Assembly: GCA_014879945.1 (NCBI GenBank)
Contig: JACSRE010000172.1
Location: forward strand, 1,239-65,238
Length of the DNA: 64,000 bases
Source of the DNA: Myxococcus sp.
Lineage (GTDB): Bacteria; Myxococcota; Myxococcia; Myxococcales; Myxococcaceae
Reading direction: 5' to 3'
Both the position numbers and the translations under genes were made by a program. The notes under the pieces were generated by a model. That model worked only from the letters and a program-made list of their open reading frames with translations, was not told where the DNA came from and made no database searches. Below, piece by piece: positions 54,001-62,048 of this stretch; the first letter of the stretch is position 1, and every line of letters begins with the position of its first letter.

Positions 54001-55330
54001 GCAGGTGCCCAACGCGGCCATTCGCGCGATCGTCGAGGCCGAGGTCTCGCTCCCCGACGCGCTGACGGGCGCAGGGGGCACCGTGCACCCCGACGCCGCG
54101 CAGTGGCGGGCGCGGCCCGCGCACCTCACCGTCGTCACTCCGAACGGCGCCGCGCCGCCGGCCGGCTTCCCGGTGGTGGCGTTCAGTCACGGCCTGGGGC
54201 GCGCGCGCGGCGACGTCTTCTTCGTGGCGAACGCGCTCGCGGCGGCGGGCTTCGTGGTGGTCGCCCTCGACGCGCCGCTCCACGGCGAGCGCGCTGACTG
54301 CCGCCGCGCCAGCGCTCCCGATGACGCCTGCGCAGACCCGGCGGCGCAGCGGTGTGAGCCAGCGACGGGCCGCTGCGTCGCGCGCGCTCCAGCGAGCGCG
54401 CTCGCGTGCTCGTCCGTCTCACCCGAAGTCTGCTTCTTCGCGGGGCAGGGCCGCTGCCTTGCGACTGGCCGCTGCGAGGGCGGGGCGTTTGCGCCGTCGG
54501 CGTCGATCGGCGGCTCCGGGGTGCCGGCCATCAGCGGCCTGGGCTTCCTCGAGGCCGGCGAGCTGACGGCGACGCGCGGCCACCTCCAGCAAGCCGGGAC
54601 GGCCGACCTGGCGCACCTGGTCCGCATCCTCTCGGCGACGGGGCCCGGGAGTCTGAGCGCGACGCTCGCGGCTGGCGTGGCGAGCCCGGTGGACGCGACG
54701 ACGCTTCACCTCCTGGGGCACGACGTGGGCGCGGCGGGCGGCGTGATGTTCTCAGCGGCCAGCGCCGCGCCGCAGCGGGTGTCGCTCAACGCCGTGGGGG
54801 CCGACCCGCTCGGGGCGATGCTCGGTGGCCTGGGTGGGCAGGGGCTGGTGGTGGCGAGCGGGAGCGGTTCGGGGACGGCGGAGTTCGACCACTTCGTCGT
54901 CCTGGCGCGGACGGCGCTCGACGCGGCCGATCCGCAGAACCTCGTTCGACCAGCGCTCGCCTCGCCGAGCGCGGCCCGCAGGGTGTTCGTCTCGTCCATC
55001 GAAGGCGACGCCGTCTGGCCGAGCCCCAGCACGCTGCTGCGCGCGGGCCTCGGCGCGGCGTCGGCGGCGCGGCTGTCGTGGTTCCGGTTCGGCGCGCACG
55101 CGGGGAGCGCCGCGGCAGGCGGGTTCCCCGCCAGCTGGCCTGGAGCAGCTCGGCACCGCTTCCTGCTGGAGCCCGGAGGGCCGCCTGGCTCCACCACCGT
55201 CAACCCCGAGTGCGACGCCACCAACATGGCCTTCAACCCGGCGACGTGCGCGACCTCGGTGGCGCAGGCGCAGCTGGGGCCCTTCTTCTCGAGCGGCCTG
55301 ACGCCCGCGAACGTTCCGGTGACGCCATGA
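51068..55330 (+). CDS. Giant lipoprotein: four tandem Ig-like/lipase-N-type modules plus a C-terminal alpha/beta-hydrolase (lipase-like) domain with a GHDVG elbow
   Basis: Lipobox LAASC (ATG 51068). The four modules start FDP...(V/L)P(S/T)PN and contain (W/Y)LNTL(N/D)GF. C-terminal FPVVAFSHGLGR, VVALDAPLHGER, a Cys-rich insert, and LHLLGHDVGAAGG (54716-54730). Confidence 0.85.
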   Translation: MKRRIAALVVLAASCAPELPNTPPGDFVVARFDPSAAIAVVPSPNDLATDPVTGLLSVPVPPEASAADRWFYGWLNTLNGFPAATGASVTFTQALDPATVTAATVRVLDLSANGAPVEVSRASVETPSPAAPGQVNVAAPAGGWVPGHRYAIAIIGGVNGVRGKSGAACVGSATWALARNEGALIDCPEGDLTSSACRLTTELIPSAITEDPARRLADQLATAKRLEALRRKYQPAIDAVVATGVLRSELALLWTFRVDDSASFVFDPAAAPPRAPTPNNLSIKQGLVSSTIDPLASPATQEWTRTWLNTLNGFPPATVAGADIAQQALEPSTITPRSVRVLALSGGPLTAPPTVSWSTALKRLTLTPAGGSWGAAKTVAVVVIGGDSGVKGVEGKRLVGSQVWALVRSAAPLVDCEVLGPSCRSFVKAAPITVNQAIALESLRRTYRPLLDQLEAEGVRRHDVAGAWVFSTTDQPELVFDPTSASRRLPTPNALLIDPATGLVAEPTPPGASPAHAELIADYLNTLDGFLVASIASAAIEGDVDPSSVTTNSVRVQVLSGAALVGGPTVRFDVAANRVEVTPPNGSWGKGRSIAVAVLGGPAGVRSSSGKPLAASQAFSFVRLSTSLVDSGCAVVTSTCRSVTALSDAQAIALEPIRRSLEPVFDSLESTGILREDVAGLWVFRTVDQAELTFDLDVMPFPNNHLLRGNTLPDGGVARGLLVVWPDGGAPGDDATPGVRLSLPLTPGASPARERLIAGLNLLDGFSTTAAMVSEDSAARAALDFGGLDAGSLTSGAGLVRLEGPAALLADGGVRGPDVRVCLNCASSPNDAGAVTQPEQLQWVPQAPLEEGSRYAAFVTTRVHDTRGRPVMASPTFALVRSRHPLVDAGGESTVPWVASAVAAQLEPVRTRFRGCLDSLEAAGHARPSLALAFCATTQRLTAPAQSMVAAASSTSVTPTPAWVVETTTTTRLALDAAQVPNAAIRAIVEAEVSLPDALTGAGGTVHPDAAQWRARPAHLTVVTPNGAAPPAGFPVVAFSHGLGRARGDVFFVANALAAAGFVVVALDAPLHGERADCRRASAPDDACADPAAQRCEPATGRCVARAPASALACSSVSPEVCFFAGQGRCLATGRCEGGAFAPSASIGGSGVPAISGLGFLEAGELTATRGHLQQAGTADLAHLVRILSATGPGSLSATLAAGVASPVDATTLHLLGHDVGAAGGVMFSAASAAPQRVSLNAVGADPLGAMLGGLGGQGLVVASGSGSGTAEFDHFVVLARTALDAADPQNLVRPALASPSAARRVFVSSIEGDAVWPSPSTLLRAGLGAASAARLSWFRFGAHAGSAAAGGFPASWPGAARHRFLLEPGGPPGSTTVNPECDATNMAFNPATCATSVAQAQLGPFFSSGLTPANVPVTP

Positions 55331-56523
55331 CGAAGACGGTGACGCTCCTCATTGCGCTCCTCGCCGGGTCCGCCCTCGGGAGCGGGTTTCGGCTCGAGAC
55401 GCACCACGCGCGCGCCGCCGGCATGGGCATCGCCGTGACCGCGCTGACCAGCGACGCCTCCTCCATCGTCTACAACCCCGCGGGGCTCGCGGGCCGCAAG
55501 GGCTTCGACCTTCAGCTCGGCGTGACGCTGGTGGTGCCGTCGGTGGTCTTCACCGCTGACGCCTCGGGCCAGCGCGCGCAGACGCTCACCCGCGTCTCGA
55601 CGCCCATCAACTTCAACGTGGCGTGGGGCCTCACCGACGACCTCTCGATCGGCCTGGGCGTCTTCAACCCGTTCGGCGCCGGCGCGACGTGGCCCGACGG
55701 CTGGGAGGGCAGGGGACGGGCGCTGTCGTCGAACGTGCAGACCTTCGCCTTCAACCCCACCGTCGCCTACCGCGTTCACCCCCGCTTCAAGATCGGCGCG
55801 GGCCTGCAGCTCCTCCGGGGCACGGTGGGCATCGAGCGGGCGCTCCCCTTCGTCGACTCCGAGGGCAAGGTGTCGCTCGGCGGCGACGCCTGGGGCGTGG
55901 GCTGGAACGCGGGCGTGCAGGGCACCCTCATCGAAGACCGGCTCACCTTCGGCTTCACCTGGCGCTCCAACGTGCCGCTCACGTTCGCGGGCCGGGCCCA
56001 CTTCGGCGGCGTTCCGCCCGAGCTCCAGGCGCGCCTGGCCGATCAGCCCATCACCGCGAGCATCACCCTGCCCGACGTCGCGACGGTGGGGCTGGGGTTC
56101 TTCGCCACGCCGCGGCTGCGCTTCGGGCTCGACGTCAACGCCGTCACCTGGAGCTCGTTTCGGCAGCTCTTCATCGACTTCGAGAGCAACGACCTCGACA
56201 ACCCGCTGCCCAAGCGGTGGCGCGACACCCTCTCGGTGCACCTGGGCGCCGAGTACGACGTGACGGCGCGGGTGCAGGCGCGGTTCGGCGCGGTCTACGA
56301 CGAGGCGGCGACGCCGACCGACACGCTCACGCCCGACCTGCCTGACGCGGCGCGCGCGCGGCTCTGCGCCGGGGTCGGCTACCGCTTCGACGTCGGGGTG
56401 AACCTCGATCTCGGCTACCAGTTCGTGCTGCTGGTGCCGCAGGTGAGCCACGCGCCCGGGTTCTCGGGCACCTACGCCGGCAGCGCGCAGGTGGTGGGGC
56501 TCAACGCGGGCGGCCGGTGGTGA
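55327..56523 (+). CDS. FadL/OMPP1/TodX-family outer-membrane hydrophobic-compound transporter
   Basis: ATGA overlap with the upstream gene. Signal peptide. N-terminal hatch motif AAGMGIAVTALTSDASSIVYNPAGLA. Beta-barrel pattern to the C-terminus. Confidence 0.85.
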   Translation: MTKTVTLLIALLAGSALGSGFRLETHHARAAGMGIAVTALTSDASSIVYNPAGLAGRKGFDLQLGVTLVVPSVVFTADASGQRAQTLTRVSTPINFNVAWGLTDDLSIGLGVFNPFGAGATWPDGWEGRGRALSSNVQTFAFNPTVAYRVHPRFKIGAGLQLLRGTVGIERALPFVDSEGKVSLGGDAWGVGWNAGVQGTLIEDRLTFGFTWRSNVPLTFAGRAHFGGVPPELQARLADQPITASITLPDVATVGLGFFATPRLRFGLDVNAVTWSSFRQLFIDFESNDLDNPLPKRWRDTLSVHLGAEYDVTARVQARFGAVYDEAATPTDTLTPDLPDAARARLCAGVGYRFDVGVNLDLGYQFVLLVPQVSHAPGFSGTYAGSAQVVGLNAGGRW

Positions 56524-56526
56524 CGG

Positions 56527-56919
56527 TCACCGCTCGGGCTTGAGGTCGCCCATCAGCTCCGAGGTGTGCGCGGTCAACTGGCCGGTGCGCTCGAGCAGGG
56601 TGTCGAGCTCGGTGAAGATCGCCTCGACCGCCCTGGCCGAGCGCGGCGCCGGCACGTCGCCGGTGTCGTCGAAGCGATCGAGCAGCGTCACCACGCGCAA
56701 GAGGTGCTCGTGCGCCGTCAGCAGATCGCGGCCCGCGCGGGCCCCGGCCTTGGTGAACATCGAGCCCGAGGTGTAGAGCCTGCCGATGGCGCGCTTGTTG
56801 GAGCGGATGACGCGGTCCAGGCGCTCTCGGTAGGTCGACAGGCGGCGGGCCAGGCGCGCCTCGGCGAGCGAGAAGATCTGCGCCTTCTGGACACGACGAC
56901 GGGCCATCGATCGACTCAT
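56527..56919 (-). CDS. Small helical hypothetical protein
   Basis: Start at ATG 56919 (alternative 56907). Basic N-terminus, predicted helices. The longer listed ORF would run through the accC promoter region. Confidence 0.5.
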   Translation of the reverse strand: MSRSMARRRVQKAQIFSLAEARLARRLSTYRERLDRVIRSNKRAIGRLYTSGSMFTKAGARAGRDLLTAHEHLLRVVTLLDRFDDTGDVPAPRSARAVEAIFTELDTLLERTGQLTAHTSELMGDLKPER

Positions 56920-57052
56920 ACCCCGCAGGTCCCGCGTCGATCCACTTTCGGTCGAACGGGCGCGGGAAAGCGATTGTCTGGGCGGCGGGGCGTGGCTATT
57001 CGCCGGGCGTGAGAGTCGCGCGTGGTACGGTGCGCGTCCGTTCGAGAGGCCC

Positions 57053-58402
57053 ATGTTCAAGAAGATCCTCGTCGCCAATCGTGGAGAGATCGCCCGCCGG
57101 ATCATCACCGTCGCGCGTGGCATGGGCATGCAGACCGTCGCCGTCTACTCCGACGCCGACGCCCAGCTGCCGTTCGTGAAAGAGGCCGACGAGGCGGTGC
57201 GAATCGGGCCTGCGCCCGCGAAGGACAGCTACCTCAACGTGGCCGCGCTGCTCGAGGCCGCGAAGCAGACGAAGGCCGAGGCGATTCACCCCGGCTACGG
57301 CTTCATCTCGGAGAACGCCGAGTTCGCGAAGACGGTGGCCGGGCACGGCATCACCTTCGTGGGCCCGCCGCCCGAGGCGATGCTGCGCATGAAGGACAAG
57401 AGCGAGGCCCGGCGGCTGGTGGCCGAGGCCGGCGTGCCCATCGTCCCCGGCTCCAAAGACACCATTCCCGACGTGGCCACCGCGCTCTCAGAGGCCGAGC
57501 GCATCGGCTACCCGGTGCTCTGCAAGGCGGCCGGCGGCGGCGGCGGCATCGGCATGGCGGTCGCGAACACCCCCGCCGAGCTCGAGAGGGTGTTTCGCGC
57601 GTGCGTCGATCGCGCCCGCGCCGCCTTCAGCCGCGACACCGTGTACCTCGAGAAGTACTTCGCGGCCCCGCGCCACCTCGAGGTGCAGATCCTCGGCGAC
57701 CTCGAGGGCCACACGCTCCACGTGCTCGAGCGCGAGTGCTCGATTCAGCGCCGGCACCAGAAGGTGGTGGAGGAGGCCGGCAGCCCGCTGTTCCTCGACG
57801 GGCAGAACGCCGGGGTGCGCCAGCAGCTGTTCGACGCGGGCCTCAAGGCGGCGAAGGCCTTCGGGTACGCCAACGCCGGCACCGTCGAGCTGCTGTACTC
57901 CGAGGGGCAGGTCTACTTCATCGAGATGAACGCGCGGCTGCAGGTCGAGCACCCGGTGACCGAGCTCACCACCGGCGTCGATCTCATCGGCTGGCAGTTC
58001 CGCATCGCGGCCGGCGAGCGGCTGACGCTCCAGCAGCGCGAGATCACCCGAACGGGCCACGCGCTCGAGTTCCGCATCTACGCCGAAGACCCGGTGAAGT
58101 TCTTCCCGTCGCCCGGGCCGCTCAAGGTGTTTCAGCCCCCCACGGGGCCCGGGGTTCGGCTCGACGCCGGCTACGCCGAGGGCGACGTGGTGACGCCCAA
58201 CTACGACCCGATGATCGCCAAGCTGATCGTCTCCGGTGACACGCGCGCGCAGGCCATCTCGCGCGCCAAAGAGGCGCTCGCGAACTTCCGCATCGAGGGC
58301 ATCAAGCACAACGTGCCGCTGCACCTGCGCATCCTCGAGAGCGAGGCCTTCGTGGCGGGCCGCCTCGACACCCGGTTCCTCGAACACCACGCGAAGCCCT
58401 GA
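57053..58402 (+). CDS. accC: Biotin carboxylase subunit (acetyl/acyl-CoA carboxylase)
   Basis: MFKKILVANRGEIARRII, GYGFISEN, ATP-grasp KAAGGGGGIGM, EMNARLQVEHPVTE. Confidence 0.92.
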   Translation: MFKKILVANRGEIARRIITVARGMGMQTVAVYSDADAQLPFVKEADEAVRIGPAPAKDSYLNVAALLEAAKQTKAEAIHPGYGFISENAEFAKTVAGHGITFVGPPPEAMLRMKDKSEARRLVAEAGVPIVPGSKDTIPDVATALSEAERIGYPVLCKAAGGGGGIGMAVANTPAELERVFRACVDRARAAFSRDTVYLEKYFAAPRHLEVQILGDLEGHTLHVLERECSIQRRHQKVVEEAGSPLFLDGQNAGVRQQLFDAGLKAAKAFGYANAGTVELLYSEGQVYFIEMNARLQVEHPVTELTTGVDLIGWQFRIAAGERLTLQQREITRTGHALEFRIYAEDPVKFFPSPGPLKVFQPPTGPGVRLDAGYAEGDVVTPNYDPMIAKLIVSGDTRAQAISRAKEALANFRIEGIKHNVPLHLRILESEAFVAGRLDTRFLEHHAKP

Positions 58403-58431
58403 ACCCAACCCCTATTCCTGGAGCAGAGACC

Positions 58432-58641
58432 ATGGACGTGACCGCACACATCACCGGAACGGTGTGGAAGATCGAGTGCAAGGTGGGCCAGCAGGTGAAC
58501 GCCGGTGACACCCTGGTGATCCTCGAGTCGATGAAGATGGAGATGCCCGTCGAGGCGACCGACCCGGGCGTGGTGAAAGAGATTCGCTGCGCCGAGGCAC
58601 AGTCGGTCAGCGAAGGTGACGTGCTGGTCGTGCTGGGCTGA
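58432..58641 (+). CDS. Minimal biotinyl/lipoyl-domain carrier protein (BCCP-like, 69 aa)
   Basis: Biotinylation motif LESMKMEM inside a single biotinyl domain. No N-terminal linker region. Confidence 0.8.
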   Translation: MDVTAHITGTVWKIECKVGQQVNAGDTLVILESMKMEMPVEATDPGVVKEIRCAEAQSVSEGDVLVVLG

Positions 58642-58647
58642 GCCGCC

Positions 58648-59415
58648 GTGCCTGCGGCGCTGCGGGTCGAAGACCGTGACGGCGGCGTGCGGGTGCTAAC
58701 GCTGTCGAACCCGGGCCGGAAGAACGCCATCGACGGCGGGTTGCTCGCGCAGCTCGACGAGGCCCTCGCGCGGCCGGGGCCGGTGCGCGCGCTCCTGGTG
58801 CTCGGAGAAGGCGAGGGCCTCTTCAGCGCCGGGTGGGACCTCAACGAGCTGTCCACCTACACCGACGGCGAGCGGCTGCCCGACGCGCGCCTGGGCGAGG
58901 TGCTCGATCGCCTCATGCGGCACCCGGCGCCCAGCGTGGCCGCCATCGACGGGCCTGCCTTCGGCGCGGCGTGCGAGCTCGCGATGGCCTGCGACTTCCG
59001 CGTGGCGGGGCCTGGCGCGGTGCTGTCGATGCCGCCGGCGCGGCTGGGGGTGGTGTACTCGCTCTCGGGGCTGGAGCGGTTTCGCGCGAAGGTCGGTGAC
59101 GCCACCACGCGCTACCTCTTCCTCACCGGCCGGCGGTTGGGCGCCGACGAGGCGCTGCGCCGCGGGCTCGTCGACGTGCTGACCGACGCGCCGCGCGACG
59201 AGGCGCTGCGGCTGTGCGCCGAGCTCGCCGGCAACGCGCCGCTGGCCGTCGCGGGCCTCAAGCAGGGGCTGGGGCTGCTGGCGGCGCGCGAGCGCTCGGC
59301 CCAGGCGCTGGCCGACTACGAGGCGCTGCGCCGCCGCTCGTTCAACAGCGCCGACGCCGCCGAGGGGCGCCTGGCCATCCTCGAGAAGCGCAAGCCCACC
59401 TTCATCGGCCGCTGA
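58648..59415 (+). CDS. Enoyl-CoA hydratase/isomerase (crotonase) family protein
   Basis: GTG start. LTLSNPGRKNAI, FSAGWDLNEL, GPAFGAACELAMACDFRVA. Confidence 0.85.
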   Translation: MPAALRVEDRDGGVRVLTLSNPGRKNAIDGGLLAQLDEALARPGPVRALLVLGEGEGLFSAGWDLNELSTYTDGERLPDARLGEVLDRLMRHPAPSVAAIDGPAFGAACELAMACDFRVAGPGAVLSMPPARLGVVYSLSGLERFRAKVGDATTRYLFLTGRRLGADEALRRGLVDVLTDAPRDEALRLCAELAGNAPLAVAGLKQGLGLLAARERSAQALADYEALRRRSFNSADAAEGRLAILEKRKPTFIGR

Positions 59416-59543
59416 CCACCACGCCCGCCCGCCGACCGGGCCCGTCACTCTCGAGGCGCCCAACACGCCGCTTCCACCAGGGCAGGGAAGTCGGGAGACC
59501 CGCGCCCGAGGCGATCGCGCCTTCAGAGTGCAAAGACGGGTCG

Positions 59544-60149
59544 TCAGACGTCGGCGAAGAGCTCGCTCATGCGCACCCGCAGCGCCGAGGCGATGCGGTA
59601 CAGCGAGGCGATCGACGCCGACGACTCGGCGCGCTCGATCTGCGACAGCAGCGACACCGACAACCCGGTGCGCCGTGCCAGCTGCTTGAGCGTCAGGTTC
59701 TGCCGGGTGCGCCCTTCACGAATGAAGCGCCCGATGCCGCGGTGCAGCTCGGCCTCGGGGTCGCGGGTGATGCCCTTCTTGTCGAGCACCCGCTTGACCG
59801 TCTCGATGAAGACGGGCGGCTCCACGGGCTTGCGCACGTAGTCACTGGCGGCGTTCTTCAGGCTGGCCACCGCCGACTCGACGGTGGGAAAGCCGGTGGC
59901 CACGATCACCGCGATGTCGTCGTCGAAGGTCCGAATCTGCTCGAGCACCTCGGTGCCGCTCATCTTCGGCATCATCACGTCGAGGATCACGAGGTGAAAG
60001 TCGTGCTCCTTGAGCATCGCCATCACCTTCGTGGGGTCTGACAGCGTCACCACGCCGTACCCCTCGCGCGTCAACAGCGCGTCGAAGAGCTGGGCGTTGT
60101 CCGGTTCGTCATCGACGACGAGGATCTTGATTTGGGGAGAGCCGCGCAC
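59544..60149 (-). CDS. Response regulator: receiver domain fused to XRE-type HTH
   Basis: GTG start with GAGGA upstream. ILVVDDE, VILDVMMPKMSG (phospho-Asp), DYVRKP. C-terminal LTLKQLARRTGLSVSLLSQIERAES. Confidence 0.85.
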   Translation of the reverse strand: MRGSPQIKILVVDDEPDNAQLFDALLTREGYGVVTLSDPTKVMAMLKEHDFHLVILDVMMPKMSGTEVLEQIRTFDDDIAVIVATGFPTVESAVASLKNAASDYVRKPVEPPVFIETVKRVLDKKGITRDPEAELHRGIGRFIREGRTRQNLTLKQLARRTGLSVSLLSQIERAESSASIASLYRIASALRVRMSELFADV

Positions 60150-60158
60150 GCGTTGTCC

Positions 60159-61946
60159 TCACTGCTTGCCGGCGAGGATTTCTTTGACCCGCGCGATTCG
60201 AGCGTCACCAGGCGCGCAGACCTTGAGGAACTGCTCATACAGCTGCTTGGCCTTCGCGTTGTCGGCCTCGTTGTTCTCCTTGTTGCCGCGGGTCGCGTAG
60301 ACCGACGCCAGGCTGACGGTGCAGTCGGCGTTCGTCTTGTCGAGCTCGAGGCACTTGTTGAGCTTGTCGATGGCCGTCTTGAACGAGCCCTCTTTCTTCG
60401 CCTGCTTGCCCTCGGCCAGCAGCTTCTCGAGCTGGGCGCGCTTCGCGGCGTCGTTGTTCACGGGCGCCACCACCGGGTCGGGCTTCACCACCGGCGGTCG
60501 GTTGGCGTTGGCGGCGATGATGGCCTGCACGGCGGCCTGGCGGGCCTGATCGAGCTCGCGGTAGCGGGCCGCCAGCAGCCTGGTCTGGCTCACCGTCGAC
60601 AAGAGGGTGCCCGCCTTGTCCACGTCACCCTTGTCGAGGGCCTTCTTCGCGTCGTCGAGCACCTTGAGGAACGGCTTCTCGGTCGAGATCTGCGCCAGCA
60701 GCGTCTGGGCCTTGGGACACGGCGAGGCGCCCACCTTGCACTGCTGGAGGTACCCCTCGGCGGTGGTGAAGTCGCCCTCGGCGATCGACGCCTCGGCGTC
60801 GGCGATCAGCTTCTCGTTCTTCTGCTCGACGTCGACCGCGGGCTGCTTCGGCGGGTCTTCGGGCGTGGTGGGCGGGTTGACGTTGGGGTTCTCGACGACC
60901 GGCTTGTTGGGCGGGTCGACGACGGTCGGCTTGACCGGCTTGACCGGCCCCGTCGAGCTCTTCATCAACGCGTAACCACCACCACCGAGCACGATCACCA
61001 GGAGCGCCACCACCACGGCGATCAGCGGGCCCTTCGACGAGGGCTTGCTGCTCTCTCTGGTGACGTTCGAGGTGCCCGAGTTGATGGTGACGGAGTCGCC
61101 GGCGGCGATGAACTTGAGCTTGAGGTGCCCCAGCTCGAGCACGTCGCCGAGGCGCAGGGTGACCTGCGCGTAGGGCTCGCCGTTCACCATCAGCCCGTTG
61201 GCCGACTGCAGGTCGATCACCTTCCACTCGCCCGAGTCCTCGCGCACCAGCTTGCAGTGCGTGCGCGAGAGCGACCGGTGGTCGATGGCGATGTCGTTGT
61301 CGTCGGTGCGGCCGATGCGCAGCTCGGTGCTGGTGCAGGGGAACTCGCGGCCGGCGAAGTCGGTGTTGAGCACCACCAGGCGCGGCGCGTCGTTGGGGTC
61401 GAGCGCCTGCACCGAGCGCTGCGGGCGGCTGCCCGACACCTGGTCGATGCGAATGACCGCCGTCGACTGGTGACGCGGCGGCTCGTCGGGCACGTTCGAG
61501 AGATCTTCGATCTCGTCTTCCGAGACCTCGGGCACGTTCACCACCGGCAGCGCCGGCATGGTGGCGCCGGGGTCGGGCAGCTTGACGGTGGCGGTGGCGG
61601 TGGCGGTCGGAGCGCGCGAGGGGTCGAGCGGCACCGTCTGGGCGGCGCGCGCCTCTTCTTCGCGCTGAATCGCCAGGTCGTAGTCACCGATCTGAATCAG
61701 GTCGCCGTCCTGCACCTGCACCTGGCCGGTGATGCGGTCGCCGTTGACCTTGATGCCGTTGTAGCTGCCGAGGTCCTCGATCAGGACGTTCAGGCTCTGC
61801 CGCAACAAGCGGGCATGCCGGCGAGACACGTTCCGTTCGGTCAGGCGGATGGTGTTCCCCTCCTGCCGCCCAATGGTGATCTCGTCCCGCACGAAAGGAA
61901 CGACGGTCTTCCTGCCCTCGTCGTCTTCGATGATCAGCTTCAGCAC
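60159..61946 (-). CDS. Double-FHA-domain, single-pass membrane protein with periplasmic TPR region
   Basis: FHA1 ITIGRQEGNTIRLTERNVSRRHARL...NGIKVNG. FHA2 LRIGRTDDNDIAIDHRSLSRTHCKL...NGLMVNG. TM LIAVVVALLVIVLGGGGYAL. TPR-like C-terminus. Ends 9 nt before the regulator gene. Confidence 0.85.
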   Translation of the reverse strand: MLKLIIEDDEGRKTVVPFVRDEITIGRQEGNTIRLTERNVSRRHARLLRQSLNVLIEDLGSYNGIKVNGDRITGQVQVQDGDLIQIGDYDLAIQREEEARAAQTVPLDPSRAPTATATATVKLPDPGATMPALPVVNVPEVSEDEIEDLSNVPDEPPRHQSTAVIRIDQVSGSRPQRSVQALDPNDAPRLVVLNTDFAGREFPCTSTELRIGRTDDNDIAIDHRSLSRTHCKLVREDSGEWKVIDLQSANGLMVNGEPYAQVTLRLGDVLELGHLKLKFIAAGDSVTINSGTSNVTRESSKPSSKGPLIAVVVALLVIVLGGGGYALMKSSTGPVKPVKPTVVDPPNKPVVENPNVNPPTTPEDPPKQPAVDVEQKNEKLIADAEASIAEGDFTTAEGYLQQCKVGASPCPKAQTLLAQISTEKPFLKVLDDAKKALDKGDVDKAGTLLSTVSQTRLLAARYRELDQARQAAVQAIIAANANRPPVVKPDPVVAPVNNDAAKRAQLEKLLAEGKQAKKEGSFKTAIDKLNKCLELDKTNADCTVSLASVYATRGNKENNEADNAKAKQLYEQFLKVCAPGDARIARVKEILAGKQ

Positions 61947-62048
61947 GCGCCGGGTGTTCTAGCACCACTGTACGGTTCCGCGCACCAACACATCTTCGAG
62001 AATCGTCACCGGGGGTCCCGGAAGGGGGTTGGTAGGCTCCGTCGCGCC

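Noticed and set aside
50165-54283. 1372-aa ORF on the minus strand
   Set aside because: It lies antisense to the lipase-like lipoprotein gene. The translation is dominated by Arg/Gly/His/Asp/Glu/Pro runs with no recognisable motifs, typical of spurious open frames in ~70% GC DNA. The plus-strand product has a lipobox, repeats and hydrolase motifs.
56527-56919. Small helical protein as toxin-antitoxin or anti-sigma component
   Set aside because: There is no partner gene in an operon (the neighbours are convergent fadL and divergent accC) and no recognisable TA or anti-sigma motifs.
60132-62048. N-terminal 639 codons of the listed 1227-aa plus-strand ORF
   Set aside because: This portion is antisense to the double-FHA gene and is Arg/Gly/Val/Leu/Asp low-complexity sequence. 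Real coding starts at ATG 62049, where rhomboid-type sequence begins.
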